Positions 26,922-36,362 of a stretch of 64,000 nucleotides of DNA are shown piece after piece. Every line of letters starts with the position of its first letter. Position 1 is the first letter of the stretch. Source of the DNA: a virus; IMG/VR virus record IMGVR_UViG_3300028840_008180, positions 28,083 to 92,082 of that record. One strand, written 5' to 3'. The notes beneath the pieces are model-generated. The model ran no database searches and was not told the DNA's origin. It was given only the letters and a program-made list of their open reading frames with translations. The position numbers and the translations under genes were made by a program.

Positions 26922-28340
26922 ATGGAGACTCTTCTTAAGATCGGGACAGTTTACTCCCGTTTACACACAAGCGACGATTGGTTGAAAGAAAAGTTCTGGC
27001 GTGCCTTCAGGAAACGTGAACTGAACTACTATCACAACCCTCTGTATAAAGCGAAGAAGTGGGATGGCTTTCGGGATTTCTTCACCAGAAAGGCCGGTCA
27101 ATTTCTAACAGGGCTTCTGCCTGAAGTTGTTTACAACCTCAGACGATGTAAAACGAATTATAAGGTAGTGGATACCCGCCAGCCAATCGACTTCCTGCGG
27201 AAGTCGATTGGCGAGGACTTCATCTGGTGCCGGGACCATGAGAAGCCGATCATTTTGCGTGACTATCAAGTAGACTACACCAACCAGATACTGAAGTACA
27301 AGCGGGGTCTTGTCTACGCTCCCACCTCATCGGGTAAGACCTATTGTATGATTAGTGCTTTGAAGTGCCTTCCCCCGAAGACACATGCGCTTGTTCTGGT
27401 GGATCGAAAAGAGCTTGTTTGGCAAAACTACGAGGAGATTAGGAAGTTTGGGTTTGATGATGTCGGTGTCTTCTACGGCGAAAAGAAGGACCCTAATTAC
27501 ATCACCGTATGCCTCATCAACAGCGCACCTAAACTAAGCAAGTATTACCCTGAGATTCGGGCGGTCATTGTTGATGAAATACACGACATGATTTCGGATC
27601 GGTGTATTGCTCTCTACAAGCAACTCCGCAGCGCTGATATCCGTATCGGGTTCTCTGCTACTCCGTTTCGCTCTGGTGGTAAAGATCATTGCCATAAAAT
27701 GAAGGTGAAGGGACATATGGGTGGCGTTTTGAAGACGGATGCGGTAGAAAGTGGCCGCTTGACTACTGCTGATCTTCAAGATCGAGGCGTCTTATCCTCA
27801 TCAGACTGCACGTTCTTCATGGTTGAAGAACCTCAGAGGCAGTATGACATCTATCAGGATGCTGTTACTTTCGGCATTGCCCAGAATGATTACCTTCACC
27901 ACAAAGTGGTGAAGTTGATGGAAACCCTTAAAGGTCGGACACTTCTGGTTGTCGAGCGGATCGAGCACGGCGAGAAGCTTAAGGAGATGATACCCGGATC
28001 ATTTTGGCTACATGGTAGTCAGAAGAAAGGGATTCGTCAGCAAACCGTGGAGGAACTGAAGTTCCATGAAGGCGATTTTGTTGGTATTGCTGTTGATAGT
28101 ATTGTCAATAAGGGTGTAAACGTCTTTATTCATAACCTCGTAAACTGTGCTGGGGGAAAAGCCGAGCATCTGGTGATTCAACGTATGGGTCGTGGCCTTC
28201 GCACGGCGGATGACAAAGAGGGCCTCAATTACTACGACTTCTTCTTCACAATCAACCCCTACCTCGAAAAGCACTCCGAAGAACGCATCAGAATCCTCAA
28301 AGCTGAGGGTCACAACGTGAAAATTGTCGACTCTCTCTAA
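26922..28340 (+). CDS. uvsW: UvsW-like SF2 helicase
   Basis: LRDYQ, PTSSGKT, DEIH, SAT, QRMGRGLR; sigma28-like promoter at 26887-26914. Confidence 0.88.
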   Translation: METLLKIGTVYSRLHTSDDWLKEKFWRAFRKRELNYYHNPLYKAKKWDGFRDFFTRKAGQFLTGLLPEVVYNLRRCKTNYKVVDTRQPIDFLRKSIGEDFIWCRDHEKPIILRDYQVDYTNQILKYKRGLVYAPTSSGKTYCMISALKCLPPKTHALVLVDRKELVWQNYEEIRKFGFDDVGVFYGEKKDPNYITVCLINSAPKLSKYYPEIRAVIVDEIHDMISDRCIALYKQLRSADIRIGFSATPFRSGGKDHCHKMKVKGHMGGVLKTDAVESGRLTTADLQDRGVLSSSDCTFFMVEEPQRQYDIYQDAVTFGIAQNDYLHHKVVKLMETLKGRTLLVVERIEHGEKLKEMIPGSFWLHGSQKKGIRQQTVEELKFHEGDFVGIAVDSIVNKGVNVFIHNLVNCAGGKAEHLVIQRMGRGLRTADDKEGLNYYDFFFTINPYLEKHSEERIRILKAEGHNVKIVDSL

Positions 28341-28350
28341 TACCTACTGT

Positions 28351-28767
28351 ATGCGATTCGAGGAATACTACAAACGACGGCTAGACGAGGATAAAGCAGG
28401 TCCACATAAACCCGCCCGTTCCAATGTAGCCTACGAGTTGGGTGTGGCGGCAGCTACTGGTACGTTGGCGGGGAGTAAGATACAGGGTAAGAACATCATA
28501 GTCCAGAAACTCCGTCCGGTGGTAATGGATGCTTTCAGGATATTCCGCCGAAAGGGTTTCCACCCACAGGATATCGAAGAGATGCTTTTGGATAGCTTGC
28601 GATTGGCCATTCTCTACACGAGTGCTGAAGGTGGCATCCGAGGTGGTTACAAGAGCAGCATGCCAGTTGCGGAGTTCATGCGTCGTAGCAAAAAGAAACA
28701 CGCTGGTTATAAATCGCTAGATAAAGACGAAGATACGCCAGAAGAACCCGAACCCGATCTTGAATGA
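28351..28767 (+). CDS. hypothetical protein with capsid-targeting-like N-terminus
   Basis: MRFEEYYKRRLDE, 4 nt after TACCTA. Confidence 0.65.
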   Translation: MRFEEYYKRRLDEDKAGPHKPARSNVAYELGVAAATGTLAGSKIQGKNIIVQKLRPVVMDAFRIFRRKGFHPQDIEEMLLDSLRLAILYTSAEGGIRGGYKSSMPVAEFMRRSKKKHAGYKSLDKDEDTPEEPEPDLE

Positions 28768-29552
28768 TTACGTACAGCAGCATTGGTCACATGGGTCGCT
28801 TGGGAAACCAACTATTTGAATTTGCTGCGACTATTGGTACGGCCATCAAGAACGACATGCCCTACATGTTTCGCCCGTGGTACTACAACCAGTTCCTTCA
28901 AAACCCAATCCCCACCGACAAGAACCTGAAAGTGCCTGCTAAGAGGTTTAGAGAGCAGCATTATTACTACCAGGATATCCGGTTAACGGAACCGACTGAT
29001 CTCGTGGGCTTTTTCCAGAGCGAGAAGTACTTTAAGCATTGTGAGTCACTCATCCGATATCACTTTGAGCTTAGACATGACTTACGAGATTACCTAAAGA
29101 AGAAGTACAAGCGGATGCTTGATCAAAAGCCTTGTTCCCTCCATGTGCGGCTGACAGATTATCTCGTCCGTGGTAACTTTGCGAACCTTACGAAGGACTA
29201 TTACAAAAAGGCAATACGCCATGTGACGGAACACTTCAATAATGACCCAATATTCTTAATCTTCTCAGATGACATCAAATTGGCTAAGCGATTGTATCGG
29301 AGTAAGCGATTCGTTTATATCCACGAAGAGCTTGATATACTTGACATGTTCTTGATGTCGATGTGTGACTCACACATTATCGCTAATTCGAGTTTTTCGT
29401 GGTGGGGCGCATGGCTTGCCAACAACCAAAAGGTGGTTGCGCCTGAGCGTTGGTATAAAGGTAGGAAAATGAATCCAAACGTACCCTTCATAAAGGGCGG
29501 TTGGCACGAGATGCGGGACTTGCGGCCCGAACCTTGGGTGATCATCGACTAG
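28764..29552 (+). CDS. alpha-1,2-fucosyltransferase-like (GT11)
   Basis: GRLGNQLF, GFFQSEKYF, HVR..DY, FSDD, IIANSSFSWWGAWL. Confidence 0.92.
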   Translation: MITYSSIGHMGRLGNQLFEFAATIGTAIKNDMPYMFRPWYYNQFLQNPIPTDKNLKVPAKRFREQHYYYQDIRLTEPTDLVGFFQSEKYFKHCESLIRYHFELRHDLRDYLKKKYKRMLDQKPCSLHVRLTDYLVRGNFANLTKDYYKKAIRHVTEHFNNDPIFLIFSDDIKLAKRLYRSKRFVYIHEELDILDMFLMSMCDSHIIANSSFSWWGAWLANNQKVVAPERWYKGRKMNPNVPFIKGGWHEMRDLRPEPWVIID

Positions 29553-30403
29553 AACTTTAGGGTTAGGCATTTGCATGCCCCACCGGCCTTGATAAACTCG
29601 CTCATATCAATAGGATGGCAGGTGTAACCCTCGTTTCTCAGTAACCTCATTGTGTTTTCACAATGTGTGGGGATGATGACATCTTTACCCAGGATGACGG
29701 AGTTGCATGCGAAATTGTTGGCGTCGGCTTGGCTGACACGGATAGTTTTGAAGGTACTTTCAATTTCGTGCTGCTCGTGGTCAGCGAAAGCGCCTGGGTA
29801 GTACATAACCTTTTCGTCGTCTAGCGGACAGAAGCATGTATCCAGGTGGTAGAATTGCTTGTTGGAAAGCTTCAGTGGGAGTGTATTAACACCCAGTAAT
29901 TTACCGATCAAATCGATGGCAGCGTAATCCGTGCGGAAACCGTACCCACAACACAGTAGATCGCCTGCGAATAAGGCGTCACCTGCACCTTCAAAGGAGT
30001 GCTGATTGAGGATATGGATGAACTTGAATCGACGTTGAAACATGTTCCAGCTATTCTTTCGGGTCCGAGCCCAACAAAGCCAATACTCTTCTTCTGGTTG
30101 CCTTTCCTTGTGTTTGAAACTCGCCAGCACAAAATGGTCACCGTACACCAAACCTGAATTTGCTGAAAAGACGCCATCAGGACAACCAGGAAGCTTCACT
30201 TTGATGGTAAAGGCACCGAGTCTAGCTAACGTATTAACAAGCTCCACCCATTGTGAACACGCCTTCTCTTTGTTCACATTGTTCTTTTCAGGATGCATCC
30301 AAGGATTGATTTTGTATGTCACGTCATACGTGGAGAACGGTGTAGAAACCAAGACGCAGCCGTGCGGAAACAGTTGTTTGTGCAGATACTCTTGTTCGTG
30401 CAT
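29549..30403 (-). CDS. amidinotransferase/dimethylarginine dimethylaminohydrolase (pentein) family protein
   Basis: INPWM, PD.VF.AN, FEGAGD, YHLDTCF, EF.KAGG..KC; promoter TAAAGTTT...GACGATAC at 30450-30423. Confidence 0.9.
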   Translation of the reverse strand: MHEQEYLHKQLFPHGCVLVSTPFSTYDVTYKINPWMHPEKNNVNKEKACSQWVELVNTLARLGAFTIKVKLPGCPDGVFSANSGLVYGDHFVLASFKHKERQPEEEYWLCWARTRKNSWNMFQRRFKFIHILNQHSFEGAGDALFAGDLLCCGYGFRTDYAAIDLIGKLLGVNTLPLKLSNKQFYHLDTCFCPLDDEKVMYYPGAFADHEQHEIESTFKTIRVSQADANNFACNSVILGKDVIIPTHCENTMRLLRNEGYTCHPIDMSEFIKAGGACKCLTLKF

Positions 30404-30447
30404 AGCGATCCTCCTATTTAAGGTATCGTCACTAATCGCACGAAACT

Positions 30448-30804
30448 TTAGCCTTCTGGGCTGATATCCTCAGGTTCGGGGGTAGAATCACCTAATCCTG
30501 GTAGTTCAGGAGGGGTTGCCGCCTTGCCTACTTTTGTGAGCCCATCGAGCCTATCCACCTCATTGATAAGCTCTTGTATGGATTTCTGACCATGGCTGCC
30601 GATCCAACCCTGAATTTCTGAGAGGTAACTCCGTAATTCGGAGTACTTTTCAAGGTCTTTGGGCAGTCGGGGGTATTGGTCTATCCGAGCGGAAAGAACG
30701 TTGTTCACGGTTTCATCATCTGCGCCTGCTGCGCCAACGGCGTCAAGCACAATCCGCCTCGCCTCGCCATGAGTGATTTCTTCTAGCCAGAGCTTGAACC
30801 TCAT
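30448..30804 (-). CDS. hypothetical protein with capsid-targeting-like N-terminus
   Basis: MRFKLWLEE. Confidence 0.7.
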   Translation of the reverse strand: MRFKLWLEEITHGEARRIVLDAVGAAGADDETVNNVLSARIDQYPRLPKDLEKYSELRSYLSEIQGWIGSHGQKSIQELINEVDRLDGLTKVGKAATPPELPGLGDSTPEPEDISPEG

Positions 30805-31565
30805 TCATCCTCCACTATAATTGGTATTGGTAGATACTTAGGTGGTACCGCCAATAATTTCCCGTTCCTTTCGATGGGAATCTTGTTCCATGGGTTGTTT
30901 TTCTGGGGAATGATATCCGGATCACCATAGATCATGAAAGCCCAACCCCTCCAAACCTTGTGGAATTTCTCCCAAGACCACGTCTGGATAGATAAGCTAC
31001 GGTCTGCGTTATCAATAACCTTGATAATCTTCTTATTTGGGTCATAGTGAACGAGAACAAGCATATGTCCCTTGATATCAAAGGCAACGCCCCGTCGCTC
31101 AATCTTACAACCCCGTATGAGTAAATCGGTACGTGTCGTATCCTGCGGCCAGACGACTCGATATTTGATCTTCTTTTCATCTAAGAGAGCCTTAACCGGT
31201 GGCCACCAAGCTCCGTCTTGGCATCTAGGGTCACCACCATCTTCCGGGTCCTTCGTGATATCGTAAAGGCTTTTGATTTCTGCGTAGCGTGCCAACATTT
31301 CCAGACTACACCAAACGCAGTTGCCATTTTCGTTAAGTACCCTATCTTTACGTGGTATAGGAACTTGAACGCCTCTTAACTCTTTGTTCTCAGGGACTTT
31401 TTTTGTTTGATAGAAGTTATTAAGTGGCCCTGGCGCTCCATCTAGCCCTGAAGAAACTGAGTAAACGCATTGATCCAGTGCGACTGCTTGGATGTGAGAG
31501 GTGGGAACTCCCAGCAGTACACTTAGGATCATGATAACCGAAACGAGTCGGTGTAACATATTCAC
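30801..31565 (-). CDS. putative secreted papain-like/C39-type cysteine peptidase
   Basis: Hydrophobic N-terminus; N..GNCVWCS, GHML.LV, IDN as a possible triad. Confidence 0.55.
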   Translation of the reverse strand: MNMLHRLVSVIMILSVLLGVPTSHIQAVALDQCVYSVSSGLDGAPGPLNNFYQTKKVPENKELRGVQVPIPRKDRVLNENGNCVWCSLEMLARYAEIKSLYDITKDPEDGGDPRCQDGAWWPPVKALLDEKKIKYRVVWPQDTTRTDLLIRGCKIERRGVAFDIKGHMLVLVHYDPNKKIIKVIDNADRSLSIQTWSWEKFHKVWRGWAFMIYGDPDIIPQKNNPWNKIPIERNGKLLAVPPKYLPIPIIVEDE

Positions 31566-31617
31566 CCCCTAAATTGCTGTTTCCACTACGTATATACCGC
31601 ATCAAGATGAGAAAGCT

Positions 31618-32418
31618 ATGAACCCATACCTAGAAGCAAAATTTGCCAATTTTGGATTTGGTGACGAAGAATCCGAACAAAGCATTAAAGACCGGAGTCC
31701 AAATTTCCCAAGTGAGGATGGAGATGGTAACCTTCCGCTTCATAGTTTCGACCTGGATTACGCTACGGACCTTATTAGTGAACATCCAGTTGGTATGAAA
31801 CAACCACGTAAACTCTTTATCGATAAAGTGATATGGGGAGAAGACGTTGGCGCACTACGTTTGACCTTCGGTACCGTGAACGACATAATCATTGACCGCC
31901 TTTCAACCGACCTTGAAGGTATGCCAGTTTGGATCACGAAGAGGATCATGAACATCAACCGAGAGTTCTTTTCGCAACGAGAGCAAGAGGTGGTGCAGGA
32001 GATTTTCAAGAATCTGGAAGAGATCGATGAGACGCAGATCGATAGCCCTCTACGCAACTATCAAGACTTCGAGAAGCTGGTAACGGCTGTTGCCTATCGC
32101 ACAGGAATGGTAGCAAATGATCCGCTCTTCATAGACGGGGTCACAAAGATAAGCGACGAGCGGTACTTGGTTGTATTCGGCGTGCGAGGCATGGGTCAGG
32201 GAGCACCAGAACAAAGCCGGGTGAATGAAGTCTTAATCGACATGAACTTTGATCCTAAAACTGGTGTCATCAAGATCATTGAGGGTAACATCGAGTCGAT
32301 GCATAAGAAAGGAATGGAATGGGCTCTGGTACCTTCGGACTTCATTATTCACTTCATGCCATCACAACCTAAAGATGAGATTGTGTCATCGATTTCAACC
32401 ATCATGAAATGGTTTTAA
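31618..32418 (+). CDS. hypothetical protein
   Basis: 266-aa ORF; shares the palindromic GTATATAC site with the divergent gene. Confidence 0.75.
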   Translation: MNPYLEAKFANFGFGDEESEQSIKDRSPNFPSEDGDGNLPLHSFDLDYATDLISEHPVGMKQPRKLFIDKVIWGEDVGALRLTFGTVNDIIIDRLSTDLEGMPVWITKRIMNINREFFSQREQEVVQEIFKNLEEIDETQIDSPLRNYQDFEKLVTAVAYRTGMVANDPLFIDGVTKISDERYLVVFGVRGMGQGAPEQSRVNEVLIDMNFDPKTGVIKIIEGNIESMHKKGMEWALVPSDFIIHFMPSQPKDEIVSSISTIMKWF

Positions 32419-32660
32419 GATTGGAATAAGACACCGCCGTTGTTTCCACCATCACCAAGATACTTGCACTCATAGCTCTTTGGCTTCGGTGAACTACGCC
32501 CGTGCTTTCTGGATAGCTGCTTCAATGCGCAGTTCAGCTTATCCCGTAGCATCACCGCTTCTTCGTGAGAAAGTGAAACTGTTTGGGTGAATTTACCCTC
32601 CACTTGGTTGACTTCAAAAACAAGATCGCCCAAGGACGCTTTGACATGTATTCCTACCAT
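32415..32660 (-). CDS. hypothetical protein
   Basis: AGGAG RBS. Confidence 0.6.
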   Translation of the reverse strand: MVGIHVKASLGDLVFEVNQVEGKFTQTVSLSHEEAVMLRDKLNCALKQLSRKHGRSSPKPKSYECKYLGDGGNNGGVLFQS

Positions 32661-32670
32661 GGTTTTACTC

Positions 32671-33129
32671 CTAAATCCAAGGTGGTGCTTTCTCTGGGGG
32701 TTTATAGAGTGGTAATTTGCCCTCTCGAAGAATCTGTTTGACGTGGTCGATGGCTTGACCTATGTTATAAATGGTCTCTAATAGGTCGGGATCATCCTCT
32801 TCAGAACGAACACCCACCTTGAGGTCCTCATATTGTTCGGTGGCAGCATCAACCAGCATCTCTAACACTGCCTTCGGAATCATGGGGTCGGGAACGCTAT
32901 CGCAGATGGTTGCGTTAACGATATTGCCGCAAAGCCGTTCTTCCACCAGCGGGTCTATCCAGTACATTTCGCCGCACTTCCAACACTTGATGATCTCGAC
33001 TTCTTGATGTTGTTGGCCTGGGTAGAATCCGACGATCCAGTTCATAGCACAGCAGTCGGGGCACTCTCGACATTCATAGGGTATGTCTTCCCTACCGAGC
33101 CACTTCAAATTCATATTGATATTCGACAT
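32671..33129 (-). CDS. Zn-ribbon hypothetical protein
   Basis: CPDC...CWKC. Confidence 0.65.
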   Translation of the reverse strand: MSNINMNLKWLGREDIPYECRECPDCCAMNWIVGFYPGQQHQEVEIIKCWKCGEMYWIDPLVEERLCGNIVNATICDSVPDPMIPKAVLEMLVDAATEQYEDLKVGVRSEEDDPDLLETIYNIGQAIDHVKQILREGKLPLYKPPEKAPPWI

Positions 33130-33820
33130 GGAAGAACTCCTTAATCCCTTCCGTTAGGCCCGGTTCATAGAGCCCGAAGTCGATGTGGAAGATCGAGTCA
33201 ACCGTTAGTTTATGATCTTTCAACCACTCATGCAAGACCGGTGACAAAAGGGCGTAGTACGGGCTGAGTTGACCGTTAGCTACCCACCGTAGCAATGCAC
33301 GTCCCTCTACCGCTTTTTCCACGTTCTCCCGTGTTAATTCCTTCAATCGGGTTGTGAGAAACTCCTTATCATCCATGAGTAGCCCCGTGACACGTTTTTC
33401 GTCGTTCCGGTCAACTCCCCGCTCCTCGGCGGTAAGTGGTTGGGCTATTTGGTAATCGTACAGTTTCTTCCAAAGATACCACCTCTTCCAAGCCCTCTCA
33501 CCTAACAAGCAACTTGGGGTGACACACAGGAGGTAATCTTTGTTCTTCTTCGTCATGGACTTTAGTATGTCGAACTGCGCCCGGACGTATAACGGATAAT
33601 CACTATCCTCTATCTGCCTGTCCTTTTCACGCAACAGTTTGTAACAACATTTGAACAGGTAGGTCTTGCGAGGGTCGCCACGATTCGCCCTTCCCATCTG
33701 GTCAGGGCATGCCCGGCGCATGTTGTCCTTGAACAAACAAGCAATCTTGTATGCCTTCGCTTCCATTGAAGTCATCTCATAGTTGAGAATCGTTTCAAGG
33801 CATCTTATTTCCATTGACAT
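33092..33820 (-). CDS. hypothetical protein (start uncertain)
   Basis: Long ORF in the operon. Confidence 0.7.
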   Translation of the reverse strand: MSMEIRCLETILNYEMTSMEAKAYKIACLFKDNMRRACPDQMGRANRGDPRKTYLFKCCYKLLREKDRQIEDSDYPLYVRAQFDILKSMTKKNKDYLLCVTPSCLLGERAWKRWYLWKKLYDYQIAQPLTAEERGVDRNDEKRVTGLLMDDKEFLTTRLKELTRENVEKAVEGRALLRWVANGQLSPYYALLSPVLHEWLKDHKLTVDSIFHIDFGLYEPGLTEGIKEFFHVEYQYEFEVAR

Positions 33821-34148
33821 AGATTCTGACATTGTCGGCGGTCCAATAAGCACTACCAAGTTTTTTCTTGCCGGTAATATAGATGGCAATCATGCCGTTT
33901 CCCACTTTGAAGTTGATCCTAAAATTGGCCTCATATGAGCTAGCTGAATCGTTTCCAAGTAAGTAACTGTTGAAAGCCCCTTTCTCCTTAAAGAACTCCA
34001 GTACCATCTTCAATCGGCACGACCTAACGAAGGTGCAAGACAGATTCACATCGACCGATTCGATGGACTTCTTGAGACACTTTCCCAAGAACCTCAACAT
34101 CATGGCCCTATGAGCATTATTCAGTCGTGGGAACTCTTCGTAAATCAT
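33795..34148 (-). CDS. YE[ED]FP-family protein 6
   Basis: MIYEEFPRL; ATGA-coupled. Confidence 0.75.
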   Translation of the reverse strand: MIYEEFPRLNNAHRAMMLRFLGKCLKKSIESVDVNLSCTFVRSCRLKMVLEFFKEKGAFNSYLLGNDSASSYEANFRINFKVGNGMIAIYITGKKKLGSAYWTADNVRIYVNGNKMP

Positions 34149-34483
34149 CCGACCATCGTTCCATCTCGGTAAATCCAGAAACAGTGGTAACCATTACAAT
34201 TAAACAACTTCGTGTAGACTCTTATCTTTATACGAGGTTGCAACCCGTGCCCAGTTATCTCTTCTATCTCAATGGTGTGGCTTTCCAACCCGTTCTTATT
34301 CATAAAAAACTTACAGACGCACGCAAGGTCATTTTCTATACAACGCCTCACCAAACCAAACCCGACGCCACCACCGTACAAGTTCCGAAATCTCTTCACC
34401 ACATTCCTACACGTTGCGTCTATCAACTTCAGCAACGTCGTTGTCGCTACATCTTTCAAGTCTGGGAACTCTTCGTACCTCAT
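34145..34483 (-). CDS. YE[ED]FP-family protein 5
   Basis: MRYEEFPDL. Confidence 0.75.
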   Translation of the reverse strand: MRYEEFPDLKDVATTTLLKLIDATCRNVVKRFRNLYGGGVGFGLVRRCIENDLACVCKFFMNKNGLESHTIEIEEITGHGLQPRIKIRVYTKLFNCNGYHCFWIYRDGTMVG

Positions 34484-34818
34484 GCAACTACCCTTCGCTC
34501 TACCGCCATCTGCCCGTCTGGCACCAGTAGAAAATCCAGGTTCTGTAGGTTCTTCTGAAACCCCAGGTAGACACTAACCTCAATATCACCACGATCATTT
34601 CTCTTTACAAAGTACGATGAAACAAGCATTGCACTCTTACTCTTGAAAAACCGTAGGACCTCCCTAATACCTAGGTCGATGGCACTTACCAACCTCTCCG
34701 ACTCAAATATCCAGACACCGTAGTGCTCGAAAATCGCATTCGTACAAGAGGATTTGATTAACTTTACAACCACGTCCTCGCTACCACCTCTCAGATTCGG
34801 AAACTCTTCGTATCTCAT
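34480..34818 (-). CDS. YE[ED]FP-family protein 4
   Basis: MRYEEFPNL. Confidence 0.75.
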   Translation of the reverse strand: MRYEEFPNLRGGSEDVVVKLIKSSCTNAIFEHYGVWIFESERLVSAIDLGIREVLRFFKSKSAMLVSSYFVKRNDRGDIEVSVYLGFQKNLQNLDFLLVPDGQMAVERRVVA

Positions 34819-35180
34819 CCCACGATCCTCCATCGACCATCCGACACGCAAACAATATATGGAAAGATGCGGGGGTAACCCTTCCGCATGTCGAAACTTA
34901 CCAACCAATGATCCGGTGTGCCTAGTGCTTCTATAGTAATACCACTAGCCTCGAAGGCGTGCTTAGAGTTGAAGAATTGTTGCAGTCGTTCCAAGTCTAT
35001 CCGCACGTACCTCAAATGTGTCCGTCTCGCCGAGTCGAGGTGATGCTGCTCCACCATACCAAAGAAACTGTAACTGATAAGTAGCGAATCTCTGATCGAA
35101 TTGCGTATAGATTGCTCCACCAACTTGCTAAGTGGTATAGGTCTCGCATTCTTCAAGTTTGGGAAGTCTTCGTATTTCAT
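34815..35180 (-). CDS. YE[ED]FP-family protein 3
   Basis: MKYEDFPNL. Confidence 0.75.
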   Translation of the reverse strand: MKYEDFPNLKNARPIPLSKLVEQSIRNSIRDSLLISYSFFGMVEQHHLDSARRTHLRYVRIDLERLQQFFNSKHAFEASGITIEALGTPDHWLVSFDMRKGYPRIFPYIVCVSDGRWRIVG

Positions 35181-35545
35181 CTCGTTACAACCCATCTCAT
35201 GTTGTCGATCCTAATTCCAAATACGAGACAACCATGCTTCGGCCCAAAAGTACCGAATCTTTCGTAGGTAAAGTATAACCGCCACTTCTTCCCTGCAACC
35301 CTTGTTACTTGTGTAGCCGAAGACTTAAACGCACGTTTATTTTTGAAGAAACGACGCACCTCATTTAAGCCGTTTTGCACCTTGGTCAACTCTGGATTGA
35401 GGTTCGCAAGCTCTACAACTGTTGGCCCCTCAGTGTACCAATATCTAAGTGACTTTTCAATGGCACGTTGAAACGATTTACCCATCAACGATACCACCCG
35501 AGTTCGGTTAGCCGTTAAGAGGTCTGGGAAGTCTTCGTAATTCAT
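35177..35545 (-). CDS. YE[ED]FP-family protein 2
   Basis: MNYEDFPDL. Confidence 0.75.
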   Translation of the reverse strand: MNYEDFPDLLTANRTRVVSLMGKSFQRAIEKSLRYWYTEGPTVVELANLNPELTKVQNGLNEVRRFFKNKRAFKSSATQVTRVAGKKWRLYFTYERFGTFGPKHGCLVFGIRIDNMRWVVTR

Positions 35546-35898
35546 TCCACCACCCATTGGTTATTTTTGAGAAGAACGCTGAAGGTTACTCTACATGTAC
35601 TTGAACGTCTTAGAAAGCTAACATTGATACTCCACCTGGGCCCGGTTCCCTTATGCGTACTAACATACGAATGCTGAAAGGCATCTTTTTTCTCAAAAAA
35701 GCGACAGATGCTTTCCAAATCCCGACGCAAATCAAGCATATCTTCGAGCAAAGCCCGCATAGATGATGGGTGGCCGTTTACGTCGGTGTACAACCTCTTA
35801 AGCGATGCGGCTGTCGCCTTCATGAATACCACCTTCAAGAAAATCGCCAGCTTAGTCCCGTCCGCCGTTTGTAGGTTTGGGAAATCTTCGTACAACAT
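35542..35898 (-). CDS. YE[ED]FP-family protein 1
   Basis: MLYEDFPNL; GGTGG RBS. Confidence 0.75.
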   Translation of the reverse strand: MLYEDFPNLQTADGTKLAIFLKVVFMKATAASLKRLYTDVNGHPSSMRALLEDMLDLRRDLESICRFFEKKDAFQHSYVSTHKGTGPRWSINVSFLRRSSTCRVTFSVLLKNNQWVVE

Positions 35899-35919
35899 AT
35901 CACCACCTGTAGTATCTTC

Positions 35920-35960
35920 CACCACCACTCTCCTGCGGGTGCAGGAGAGTGGTGGTGGTG
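35920..35960. repeat. perfect GC-rich inverted repeat (about 18-bp stem)
   Basis: CACCACCACTCTCCTGC-GGGT-GCAGGAGAGTGGTGGTG. Confidence 0.85.
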
Positions 35961-35983
35961 CCGTACCATTGGTTCTATCTCTT

Positions 35984-36027
35984 TTATCGGATTTTGGTTA
36001 AAGATTGTTGAGGCTTTCTTCCGATAC
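35984..36027. promoter_or_regulatory. overlapping divergent sigma28-like promoters
   Basis: Minus TCAA-N16-TCCGATAA; plus TAAA-N17-TCCGATAC. Confidence 0.65.
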
Positions 36028-36362
36028 CAAGAAAATACCACTATCGATACTACCTTAAGCGCAATGTTAATACAAGATTACTTTCGAGATGACTTACGTT
36101 TTACCGTCCTTCACACATCTGACACTGACCTGAAACAATCACGTAGTCGGAAACCTGACTAGGGCCAGTATACATTACAGGCGTATACTTTCGTGAGTCG
36201 TTGTAGTTTCCTAACGCCCTCCAATGGCCATAGGGCGTTAGCTGTTTTACAATGAAGCCTCAAACAAACATGTATGGATCATGTTTGTAATGGTATTGAA
36301 CTTAAAGAGTGAGAGTAGTTGTTATTCTCTTGATTACCCCCCTCTAGGGCCAGGAGCCTGTT

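Noticed and set aside
33795-35898. Diversity-generating retroelement target array
   Set aside because: No reverse transcriptase or TR/VR pair in the window, and divergence is not adenine-specific.
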